Source: Candidatus Latescibacterota bacterium (lineage in GTDB: Bacteria; Latescibacterota; UBA2968; UBA8231). From it: a stretch of 64,000 nucleotides of DNA. The DNA lies in contig CBDCXV010000011.1 of the NCBI GenBank assembly GCA_965223905.1, forward strand, positions 1,568,001-1,632,000. Direction: 5' to 3'. A program made the translations under genes and the position numbers. The notes under the pieces are model-generated. The model saw only the letters and a program-made list of their open reading frames with translations, was not told the DNA's origin and did not search any database. Shown piece by piece: positions 49,394 to 58,347 of the stretch (positions are counted from its first letter, which is position 1; the number at the start of each line of letters is the position of its first letter).

Positions 49394-49611
49394 TCCCGTT
49401 CCCTCCGCGGAGCGGGCCGAAAGGGGGCCGGCTCCAACCCAAAGGTTCACCTAAAAATCGCGGGTAATTTAGCGGAAACGAATACGCAAACCAACCTTGA
49501 AAAAAGATTTCCCAAGGACGGGATGTTCAGGACGTATTCTTTGTAAAAAAAACGGCTCATGGGTTCGACGTCCGGCTCCAATGCAATTCAGGATTGGATT
49601 TGCCCAAGACT

Positions 49612-50076
49612 CTAATCAATCATGGAAGCCTTGATTCGACCCCAGGAAACCGACTCCACCGCGCTGTCACCCGGGTGGGCAGGGTCGGCGGACAGCAGCA
49701 GCCCATCGAGAAATGTATCCGCCCGATGGAGAAACATGTTCCAGAGCGTGCGGTCGCTCTCGTCTGATCGCTGAACATCGAGCGCCCAATTACTCCACTC
49801 GATATCGCCAGGTGGGTCATGGTCAAAGACTACAATCGAAAAACCGATCACCTGTCCCGCGGCAAAATGGCTGACCACGCTCCCCTCGGGGTGGACCCAC
49901 GTTTCCCCCCAGCGGTCGAACGGGGTCACTTACATCTCGATCACCCAGAGGATCGGCGGTTCTCCGGCCACGCCGAGGTGAGCCTCCGCAGACAGCCCGA
50001 ATCCGAGGAGCAGAACGAGGGCGGCGGACAATTCCTTCTTGATACAACGGTTCACGAACTTTAAAAAACGGTTCAC
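49612..50076 (-). pseudogene. Internally deleted secreted protein with SWGRIKA tail
   Basis: Signal peptide (..AEA/HLG) joined directly to C-terminal part WVIEM*VTPFD..IGFSI..DSAVESVSWGRIKA; in-frame TAA at 49930-49932. Confidence 0.72.
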
Positions 50077-50452
50077 GAGTCCTTTACCTGTGGTCCGGAG
50101 ACCTGGAAATCCCACGCAGATTCCGGCCTGCTCACGTAAAGTATGAACCCTCTATGTCCTCTGCGGGGGCCGTTCGAGCGAGGGTTCGAACTGCCTGGTG
50201 GGGTGGAGGAGTGGTCGCGGAGGGGTTAGGGTGAACGCCTGGTAGAAACGGAGGGTGCTTGCCTGGGAGTAGAAGCGGGGGATAACGGCGACTACGGCGG
50301 TCAAGTCGAGGGTCATGCCTCAGAAGCAGTACTGCAGGCTTGTGGAAATTCATACCCCCAACTCCGCCTGACAGTGAAAAGGATCACCTCGGCTTCGCTT
50401 CGCCGACCTCCCAACCCCCGGCGCTTGCCGATGGTGACCAAGATGGGCAATC

Positions 50453-50479
50453 AGCATAATGGGGGGGAGAAATAGTCAA
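50453..50479 (-). promoter_or_regulatory. Candidate sigma70 promoter with C7 tract in spacer
   Basis: TTGACT-15 nt-TATGCT on minus strand. Confidence 0.35.
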
Positions 50480-50592
50480 GGGTAAGGGTTTTTTTCATGG
50501 GCCGATGCCAACGAATGCAGAATGATCGATAACCCCGGGAGTGAAAGATCCCGCGGCTCGGACCAACTACACTACATGCGCGAGACCATCGA

Positions 50593-51365
50593 CTACTTGA
50601 GGTGGTTTCCGGTCGAAAGGCTGGCCTTGATACGGCCCCAGGAGACGCTTTCCACGGGGGTACCATCCGTACGGCCGTCTGCGCCCAGAAGAATCCCTTG
50701 CGCCCACAGGTTAGACTCGTAAGCCAACTTGTCCGGCTCGTCGAATGAGGCGTCCGGTCCGAGCAATACGTGGGCACGGTCGGCGAGGAGCGGCTTTGTC
50801 TCCGTGTCAGTGTCCATCATTGTCATAGCGAACCCTATCGTCTTTCCTTTGCTGTCGTTGCCATAATTTTTCGCAAAAGCGGAATATGTTTGTGCCTGTA
50901 CATTCGAACTTTCCTGAATCACCATACTAGCATCACCAAATTCCCGAACGGTCCCGCCACTCTTGTCGCCGTCGACGGCAAAGGACACGAATGCATCGAC
51001 GGCGGGCAACGGCAGAGGCCCATAGCGGTCGTACTCGGTTACGAGGACATCGTCCACGATTTCCGCGGCCACGAACAGGTGGTCGCCGGCATCGTGCAGG
51101 CCAGCCAGATGCGAAAGTCGAACGAGGAAGGATCGTACTCCCCACCTCCGTACGCCCATGGGGAAGTAACGAAATCCAAGGGGGTCAACGTCGGCTCCCC
51201 GAGGACCTCCGCCCAGTCTCCAACCGAACCGTCCTTGAGGTCGATTCGGGCCCGCATCTCGTCGGTCAGCTCGACAAACGGATACAGCCGATCCTGAAAT
51301 TGGGCTTCGAGGCGAAGTGCCGTCAGCAACAGGGGAAGGGCAATACCAAACGACAGGGGTTGCAT
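50593..51365 (-). pseudogene. Secreted CBM9/DOMON-like protein with SWGRIKA tail; frameshift ~51098 and probable internal deletion
   Basis: Signal peptide, IDLKDG..DW, LFVAAEIVDD, VDGDKSGG, IGFAM, VESVSWGRIKAS; RBS GGAGG; fold assignment is inference. Confidence 0.7.
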
Positions 51366-51525
51366 ATGGGAATTCCTCCATTGATTATACCCGTGTGATC
51401 GGAACTGCGGTACTGAATCGAATCAAAAGAACATCGGCCATCCTCCCCCACGTAGCGACCGCGACCTGAATGCAGGTCGCCATTACGGCGCTGGTTCTTT
51501 AGAGAGCTTTTTTCGCTGAAAGTCG

Positions 51526-52401
51526 ATGCCTGGCCCGCCATCATGTCCTGCTGAATTCCGCTCCCCTTCGCGGCGGCGCAGGGCGGCCTTCTTCTGCGTC
51601 GCCCTCACCCTGGCGATCCCGCACGCCGCCTATGCCGGAGCCTGGGCACAGAAAACAGGGGAGTACTATTTCAAGCTCTCGGCCCTGACCGCCACCTACC
51701 GCGAGGAGTTCGACGAAGCCGGCACGCGCGTCCCGCGCTCCGGGGGCATGGGGGAGCTCTCCGACTTCAGCCTCGGCGCCTATCTCGAGTACGGCATCGA
51801 CGACGACTGGACCCTCGTCGCCTCCGCCCCGTACAAGCGGCTCACCGACGAACGCACTCTCGCCGCCGGCATCGCCCGCGAGTCGAACCGCCGCCTTGGG
51901 GACCTCGAGCTGCGCCTGCGGCGCCCGCTCCGGCTGCAGCCCCTGGTGATTTCGGTCGCCGCGGGAGGCAAGATCCCCCTCGGGTACCCCGCCCGTCTCG
52001 ATACGCGGGTGCCGGTCGGCACCGGCAAGATCGATACCGACCTCCGCCTGCTGGTTGGGCGCTCGTTCCATCCCGTCCCGGCGTACGCCACCGGGGAGCT
52101 GGGGTTTCGCCTGCGGGGCGGCGACTTCGGCAACGAGACCTTCTTCAGCATCGAAACCGGTGCGAGCTCAGGGCGTCTGCTGCTGAAAGCCCGCCTCGAC
52201 GGGGTGCGCACCCTGGGAGAGTGCGGCGCTTCCGGACAGGGGGGCCTGATCGGCGACCAGGACATCCTTAAATTGTCGCCGGGCGTCATCTACGGTTTGC
52301 CGGGTGACGCGGAATTGAGCTTCGAGCTGATACGGACCGCCGCCGGCTGCAACACCACGAGCGGCAACACCTGGATCTTGGGGATCGCGAGGAAACGATG
52401 A
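51526..52401 (+). CDS. Hypothetical exported protein, probable outer-membrane beta-barrel
   Basis: Signal peptide AYA/GAW; YLEYGI, LGDLELRLR, GTGKID; amphipathic strands. Confidence 0.75.
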   Translation: MPGPPSCPAEFRSPSRRRRAAFFCVALTLAIPHAAYAGAWAQKTGEYYFKLSALTATYREEFDEAGTRVPRSGGMGELSDFSLGAYLEYGIDDDWTLVASAPYKRLTDERTLAAGIARESNRRLGDLELRLRRPLRLQPLVISVAAGGKIPLGYPARLDTRVPVGTGKIDTDLRLLVGRSFHPVPAYATGELGFRLRGGDFGNETFFSIETGASSGRLLLKARLDGVRTLGECGASGQGGLIGDQDILKLSPGVIYGLPGDAELSFELIRTAAGCNTTSGNTWILGIARKR

Positions 52402-53411
52402 CAGGCATACGACGCAGACGGGGCTGGGAAATCCCGGACCGGGAAGCGACTCCGGAAGAGGTCTTCCTCAATCGCCGGCGGTTCCTGCGCTCGGCCGGCC
52501 TCGCCGGACTGGGACTGGCCGCGGGCTGCGGCAGCGAGAGGACCTTCGCCCCCTTCGAGCCGGAAGAGGAGGGGGAGGCCTCACCGGCGGTGCAGGCGCC
52601 GGCGGAGCCGGATCCCGTCGCGGCCGACCCGGACCAGCCCCTGTACCCGGCGAAGCTCAACCCCGGGTTCGCCACCCTGGACCGACCCCTGACCGAGGAA
52701 GAGGTCGCGAGCAGCTACAACAACTTCTACGAGTTCACGCAGTCGAAGCAGGTGTACCTGTTCGTCGACGACTTCGAGACGCGGCCCTGGACGGTGGAGA
52801 TATCCGGGCTCGTCGAAAAGCCGGCGACCTGGGACGTCGACGACCTGGTCCGCCGCATGCCGCTGGAGGAGCGGCTCTACCGCCTCCGCTGCGTCGAGGC
52901 ATGGTCGATGGCGGTGCCGTGGACGGGGTTTCCGATGCGGGCCCTGATCGACCTCGTCAAGCCGCTGTCCTCGGCGAGGTTCGTCCGATTCACCAGCTTC
53001 CTCGACACCGGGAACGCCCGCGGCCAGTGGGACACCCCGGAGCTGCCTTGGCCCTACGTCGAGGGGCTGTCGATGGCCGAGGCGGTCAACGAGCTGACCA
53101 TGCTGGTGACGGGGATCTACGGGCACGAGCTGCCGGTGCAGCACGGCGCCCCGATACGGCTGATCGTGCCCTGGAAGTACGGCATGAAGAGCATCAAGTC
53201 GATCGTGCGCATCGAGTTCGTCGCCGAGCAGCCGGCCAACTTCTGGAACATCGTCATCCCCCGGGAGTACGATTTCTGGCTCAACGTCAACCCCGAGGTG
53301 CCCCACCCGCGCTGGTCGCAGGCAAGGGAGCGGATGATCGGCATCTGGGAATGGCGGCCTACCCTGCTCTACAACGGCTACGGAGAGTACGTGGCCGATC
53401 TCTACGCCTGA
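52398..53411 (+). CDS. msrP: Protein-methionine-sulfoxide reductase catalytic subunit MsrP (YedY)
   Basis: Tat motif NRRRFL; YNNFYEF, ERLYRLRCVEAWSM, GAPIRLIVPWKYG.KSIKSI, HPRWSQA, NGYGE. Confidence 0.95.
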   Translation: MTGIRRRRGWEIPDREATPEEVFLNRRRFLRSAGLAGLGLAAGCGSERTFAPFEPEEEGEASPAVQAPAEPDPVAADPDQPLYPAKLNPGFATLDRPLTEEEVASSYNNFYEFTQSKQVYLFVDDFETRPWTVEISGLVEKPATWDVDDLVRRMPLEERLYRLRCVEAWSMAVPWTGFPMRALIDLVKPLSSARFVRFTSFLDTGNARGQWDTPELPWPYVEGLSMAEAVNELTMLVTGIYGHELPVQHGAPIRLIVPWKYGMKSIKSIVRIEFVAEQPANFWNIVIPREYDFWLNVNPEVPHPRWSQARERMIGIWEWRPTLLYNGYGEYVADLYA

Positions 53412-53547
53412 GCTTTCCCGCCTCCGGTGAGCCCGACCGGGAGAGGAGCGGAGGTTCGCCCGCTTCCGGTGCGTAAACCACCGGCCGACCGCACTGGCCA
53501 TGCTCTACGCGCGGCAGGGCCCGGCTCCGCTTCCCGGCACCTTTCTT

Positions 53548-54591
53548 CTACAGCTCTACCCCGACCTTGAGCGCCGCCTGCGTAAACATCTCCCAGACGT
53601 CCTCGGCGAACGGGATGCCCGAGGCCCAGCGCCTCCGCGTCGCCTCCTCCTTCTGACCGGGGTAGAGCACCTCGTCGAAACCGGCCGCAGGCGCGCTGCC
53701 GCTGATGCCGTCGAGGGTGGCGTCGACGCGGGTAATGAACTCCTCCATCGGGCCGAGGGCGTCGGCGCGCAGGACCAGGAAGGTCACCCCCTGGTGGCGC
53801 ATCATCGGCGTCCCCTCCCCTTCGACGGCGTGGCCGTCCGCCCCGGCGAACACCCTTCCCATCAGCTCGACGACGGTCATGATCGCGTACCCCTTGTGGC
53901 CGCCGAACGGGGCCAGCGCCCCGCCGCCGTAGAAGTCTCCGGGGTCGGTGGTCGGCCTGCCCTCGCTGTCGACGATCATCCCGGGAGGCAGCTCTTCGCC
54001 GCGGCGCTGCGCGTTCATCACCTTCACCGCGGAGCCCTGGGTGGTGGCGAAGTCGACGATCACCGGGGGCCTGCCCCCACCCGCGGGTATGCCGACGCAG
54101 TACGGGTTGGTGTCGAGGACGCGGTCGCGGCCCCCGAACGGGGCGGCGCGGGCGTTGGTCACCGAGTACCCCGATCCCCAGATCATCGAGATCATCCCCT
54201 GCTCCGCGGCGATCTCGGCGTAGTGGCCGAGGCGGCCTATGTGGTTGGCCCTGACGAGCCCGACCAGCGCGAGGCCGTGCTCGCGGGCCTTAGTCGCCGC
54301 CAGCCGCACCGAGAAGTCGGCGGCGGCGTGGCCGAAGCCGACGTTGCCGGTGACCGTGGCGCGGTTCCCGGCGTCGCTGGGCACCTCGGGCCAGGCGTCG
54401 GGGATCAGCTCCTTCTTTTCGATCTGCTCGATGTACGACGGAATCTGGAAGATCCCGTGGGTCTGGACGCCGCACAGCTCCGCCCCTTTGAGGTGGTCGG
54501 CGACGATCTCGACGTTGCGGCCGTCGGCGCCGGCGGCGCGCAGCACGCGGGCGATGTCGTCCTGAAGGACGTCGGGGTGCCGGGTGATCAT
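53548..54591 (-). CDS. Ldh_2 family oxidoreductase
   Basis: GVQTHG, NHIGRLG, DTNP, DFATT, GHKGY. Confidence 0.92.
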   Translation of the reverse strand: MITRHPDVLQDDIARVLRAAGADGRNVEIVADHLKGAELCGVQTHGIFQIPSYIEQIEKKELIPDAWPEVPSDAGNRATVTGNVGFGHAAADFSVRLAATKAREHGLALVGLVRANHIGRLGHYAEIAAEQGMISMIWGSGYSVTNARAAPFGGRDRVLDTNPYCVGIPAGGGRPPVIVDFATTQGSAVKVMNAQRRGEELPPGMIVDSEGRPTTDPGDFYGGGALAPFGGHKGYAIMTVVELMGRVFAGADGHAVEGEGTPMMRHQGVTFLVLRADALGPMEEFITRVDATLDGISGSAPAAGFDEVLYPGQKEEATRRRWASGIPFAEDVWEMFTQAALKVGVEL

Positions 54592-54753
54592 GGTTTCCTG
54601 CTTTCTGGATTCAGCGCTGTGTTTTGCGGGAGGATGCGGCAGCCGGGCCTGCGGCCCCGCCAACGCCGAAATAATCGCGAAAAAGAAAACCGGGGCCGCG
54701 GCGAAAACCTCGACCACGACGGCCCCGGACCGCTTCAGCGGACGAGAGCCGAC

Positions 54754-55497
54754 TCAGCTCACCACGAGGTACGACAGCCAGCCGTCGTACCCCTCGTTGA
54801 CGATCTGGTGGCCGACGCCACGCGGCAGGTACACCGTATCCCCTTCGCCGACCCGGTGCACCCACCGGCCGGCGATCACCAGCCCCTCTCCCTCGAGGAT
54901 GTAGTAGACCTGCTCCTTGTCGTCGTGGACGTGGAAGTCGGAGGCCTTGCCGCGCATGACCGCCTGTCTGGCCAGGTAGTAGGCCTTCAGCAGGCAGGGC
55001 TGGTCGGTGTCGGGCTCGGGCTCGTCGACCGATTCCAGCAGCTTCCAGGTCACCGCGTCGCCGTGGACGCCGAAGGCCGGGGTCACGTCGCGCCAGTTGA
55101 GCACGCGCGGGGCGCTGCCTTTCCGCTCCGTCGGGAAGGTGATGATCAGGTGCTCGGCCCAGGCATCGGTGTTTTCGTTGAAGTACTGGTGCGGGGTGCC
55201 GGGCGGGAAGTAGGTGACCGAGCCTTCGCGCACCGGGTGGCGCTCGTCCCCGATCAGCACCTCTCCTTCTCCGGAGAGGATGTAGTAGTACTGCTCGGCG
55301 CTCGCGTGGGCGTGGCGGTCGGAGTTCTTGCGCCCCTGCAGCGAGTGCCGGGCGAAGGCGCCGATGTACTGCAGGCAGGAGGAAATGCCGTTGTCCCCTC
55401 CCTCCGCGGTCAGTATCGGCGACACGACGGCGTTGTCGTGCCCGAGGTAGGTGCGCGATTCCCTCCAGTTGACGACGATCGCTTCGGTAAGTGCCAT
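54754..55497 (-). CDS. Bicupin (two cupin domains)
   Basis: HAHASAEQYYYILSGEG..PH and HVHDDKEQVYYILEGEG..GH. Confidence 0.9.
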   Translation of the reverse strand: MALTEAIVVNWRESRTYLGHDNAVVSPILTAEGGDNGISSCLQYIGAFARHSLQGRKNSDRHAHASAEQYYYILSGEGEVLIGDERHPVREGSVTYFPPGTPHQYFNENTDAWAEHLIITFPTERKGSAPRVLNWRDVTPAFGVHGDAVTWKLLESVDEPEPDTDQPCLLKAYYLARQAVMRGKASDFHVHDDKEQVYYILEGEGLVIAGRWVHRVGEGDTVYLPRGVGHQIVNEGYDGWLSYLVVS

Positions 55498-55503
55498 GCG
55501 ATT

Positions 55504-56454
55504 TCAGTATCCTCTCTTTCTGTCGCAAACGAACCTCAGGGGCTCTCCTGCGAGATAGCGGCCGAGGTTCTCCTTGAAGATCTGCCTGCGCCGCTCCCAC
55601 AGCTGCGGCGAGTGGGCGGACGAGTGCGGCGAGATCAGCATGTTGGGAAGGTCCCACAGGGGGCTGTCCGGGGCGGGGGGTTCCGGCCACAGGGCGTCGC
55701 AGCCGGCTCCGGCGATCTCTCCCGAGGCCAGCGCCGCGGCGAGTGCCTCCTCGTCGACGATGCCGCCGCGCGAGACGACGATCAGGTGGGCGCTGCGCTT
55801 CATGATCCCGAACCGGCGGGCGTCGATCAGCCCCTCGGTCTGCGGGGTGCGCGGCGCCGTGACCACGAACCAGTCCGAGATCTTCAGCAGATCGTCGAGG
55901 CGTTCGGGGCCCCACACCTCGCGCACTCCCGGCGGCGGCTCCATCGGGGCGACGTCGACGGCGTACACCTCCACGTCGAACCCCTGCGCCCGGCGCGCCA
56001 CCGCTCGGCCGATGTCCCCCATGGCCAGCACCCCCATCGTCGAGCCGGCCAGCTCGGCGACCCTCCATTTCTGCGAGTCCCAGCGGCGGGCCCTCTGGTC
56101 CTCGATCAGCCCGGGGATGCAATGGGCGAACGACAGGATCATGGCGAAGACGTGATCGGCTATCGGGATCACGTGGGTCTCGCGGTTCATCGTCATGACC
56201 ACGGGGCTGTCGAGCAGCTCCGGGACGCGGCCCAGCTCGTTGTCGAACCCGATGCCGATGTACTGGTACCACTTCAGCCGGGTCGCGGCGAGAAACGCGG
56301 CGCGGCTGATCGTACCGAAGAAGATCTCGGCGTCCGGGGCCTGCGCGAGCTGCTCCTCCTCGCTGTAGGCGAGGGCGAACTCGACCTCGGGGAAGGCGGC
56401 GCGCAGGCCGGCGACGAACTCCTCCCCGAGGTCGTATGCTATGACTGCCTTCAT
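55504..56454 (-). CDS. D-2-hydroxyacid dehydrogenase family protein
   Basis: MGDIG, PRTPQT, SRGGIVDE, PEP, LISPH. Confidence 0.92.
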   Translation of the reverse strand: MKAVIAYDLGEEFVAGLRAAFPEVEFALAYSEEEQLAQAPDAEIFFGTISRAAFLAATRLKWYQYIGIGFDNELGRVPELLDSPVVMTMNRETHVIPIADHVFAMILSFAHCIPGLIEDQRARRWDSQKWRVAELAGSTMGVLAMGDIGRAVARRAQGFDVEVYAVDVAPMEPPPGVREVWGPERLDDLLKISDWFVVTAPRTPQTEGLIDARRFGIMKRSAHLIVVSRGGIVDEEALAAALASGEIAGAGCDALWPEPPAPDSPLWDLPNMLISPHSSAHSPQLWERRRQIFKENLGRYLAGEPLRFVCDRKRGY

Positions 56455-56599
56455 CGGACCTCCCTGTTTTCGATGCATGGGGGCGCATTCTGCATGCGGG
56501 CGCAAATACCACCCGGCCCGGGACCGGTTGTCAACCCTTCGGAGAGGAATCTATATTCCGCCGCCGCTGCCCCAACCGGGAGCCTGTTCGCATCCCCGG

Positions 56600-56770
56600 G
56601 CGGCAATTCCGCGTGAATCCGGCCGCCGCTGCATCTTGAGGGAAAAATCGCGGTTCAATCCAAACCATTCATCTGTGCGATTTTTCCCTCATCCCGGCAT
56701 CGGCGCCCTCCTTTGCGCTTACCGACACGCGCAGGCACCAGCTCCTCCGCCCGCGGCCCGGATTCGCTTC
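56600..56770. repeat. Intergenic repeat with central inverted repeat, copy 2
   Basis: Perfect 14-bp IR GAGGGAAAAATCGC (56638) / GCGATTTTTCCCTC (56690) with 25-bp spacer; outer limits approximate. Confidence 0.7.
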
Positions 56771-56808
56771 CCGGGCAGCTTGCCTGCAACGGACTGCCGA
56801 CAACCCCA

Positions 56809-57570
56809 GTGACTGCCGCCGCCGAATACGACATCGACGCCAAGGTCCTCGAGTTCCGCATCAACGGGTTCGCCGTGTTCGAGGACCTGATCCCGCACGG
56901 GAAGATCGACCGCATCCTCGAAGCCTGGGAGCCGGTGCGCGACGCCGGCATCGAAAGGCAGGGGGAAAACCCGAGCCGGGGCTGGGGCCGCTACAACGTC
57001 AGGGTCCCCTTCCGCGAGCCCTTCGTCGACCCGGAGATCTTCGAGCACCCCGCGGTCGTCGCCTTTGTCCGGCAGGTGCTCGGCGACGACTACGTCTGGA
57101 CCCATTTCGATTCCAACGTCCCGCTGCCGGGCACCGACTACCAGCGCTGGCACCGGGACGGCCGCGCCAACCTCTTCCCGGGAATCATGACGCCGGCCCC
57201 GGACATCGGGGTCAAGTTCCCCTTGTGCGACACCTCCGAGGAGAACGGCAGCTTCGAGGTGCTGCCGCGGGAAGACCTCGACGAGGTGCTCGGCAGGGGC
57301 GCCGGCATCAACCCGGCCTTCAAGCCGGTCCGGCTCAACCTGCGCAAGGGCTCGCTGTGGATGCAGGACGGCCGCAGCTATCACCGCGGCACTCCCAACC
57401 GCTCCGGCCGCCCGCGCGACGAGTTCTGCATGGCGATGTCGCGCCCCTTCCTGTTCAACGGCTGGCTGCACGAGCATACCGCCGGGCAGTTCCCGCGAAC
57501 CCTGTGGGAATCGCTGCCCGACCACGGCAGGCAGGTGCTGCGGCTGATGCGCGTGGAGGAGGCCCGATGA
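56809..57570 (+). CDS. PhyH family dioxygenase (tandem copy 1, 9-aa internal deletion)
   Basis: QRWHRD, NGSFEVLP, YHRGTPN; start uncertain. Confidence 0.85.
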   Translation: MTAAAEYDIDAKVLEFRINGFAVFEDLIPHGKIDRILEAWEPVRDAGIERQGENPSRGWGRYNVRVPFREPFVDPEIFEHPAVVAFVRQVLGDDYVWTHFDSNVPLPGTDYQRWHRDGRANLFPGIMTPAPDIGVKFPLCDTSEENGSFEVLPREDLDEVLGRGAGINPAFKPVRLNLRKGSLWMQDGRSYHRGTPNRSGRPRDEFCMAMSRPFLFNGWLHEHTAGQFPRTLWESLPDHGRQVLRLMRVEEAR

Positions 57571-58340
57571 GCCGGGACGTCGCCGCCAAGGTGCAGCAGT
57601 TCCGCATCAACGGGTTCGCCGTCTTCGAGGACTTGGTCCCGCACGAGAAGATCGACCGCATCCTCGAGGCCTGGGAGCCGGTCCGCGACGCCGGCATCGC
57701 CAGCCAGGGAGAGAACCCCCCGACCCGGGGCTGGGGCCGCTACAACGTGCCGGTGCCGTACGAGCCCCCCTTCCTCGACCCGGAGATCTTCGAGCACCCC
57801 GACCTCGTGGCCTTTCTCGAGGAGATCCTCGGAAAGGACTACGTCTGGTTCGTGTTCGACTCGAACATCCCGCTGCCGGGGACCGACTACCAGCGCTGGC
57901 ACCGCGACGGCATCAACAGCCTGTTCCCCGGCATCGCCACCCCCTGTTACCAGGTCGGCGTCAAGTTCCCCCTGTGCGACACCTCGGAGGAGAACGGCAG
58001 CTTCGAGGTGATGCCGTGCACCCAGTACGTCGGCGAGCTGCCCGCGGAAAACCTCGACGACCTCTTCGGACACGGCGCCGCCTTCAGCGACCGCTACACC
58101 TCGCGCCGGCTCAACCTGAGCAAGGGCTCCCTGTGGGTTCACGACAACCGCGTCATCCACCGGGGCACGCCCAACCGCTCCGGCAGGCCGCGCGACGAGC
58201 TCTGCATGGCGATGAGCAGCTCATGGGTCTTCAGCCGCTGGCAGCACGAGAACACCCAGTCCCACTTCTCCCGCGAGCTCTGGGACTCCCTCTCCAACCA
58301 CGCCAGGCAGGTGCTGCGCTGGCAGCGCCTCGAGGAGTAA
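57567..58340 (+). CDS. PhyH family dioxygenase (tandem copy 2)
   Basis: QRWHRD, NGSFEVMP, IHRGTPN; ATGA overlap. Confidence 0.88.
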   Translation: MSRDVAAKVQQFRINGFAVFEDLVPHEKIDRILEAWEPVRDAGIASQGENPPTRGWGRYNVPVPYEPPFLDPEIFEHPDLVAFLEEILGKDYVWFVFDSNIPLPGTDYQRWHRDGINSLFPGIATPCYQVGVKFPLCDTSEENGSFEVMPCTQYVGELPAENLDDLFGHGAAFSDRYTSRRLNLSKGSLWVHDNRVIHRGTPNRSGRPRDELCMAMSSSWVFSRWQHENTQSHFSRELWDSLSNHARQVLRWQRLEE

Positions 58341-58347
58341 CCGCCCC

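Noticed and set aside
50165-50215. GGGTTCGAAC resembling a tRNA T-loop
   Set aside because: No paired T-stem, acceptor stem or cloverleaf.
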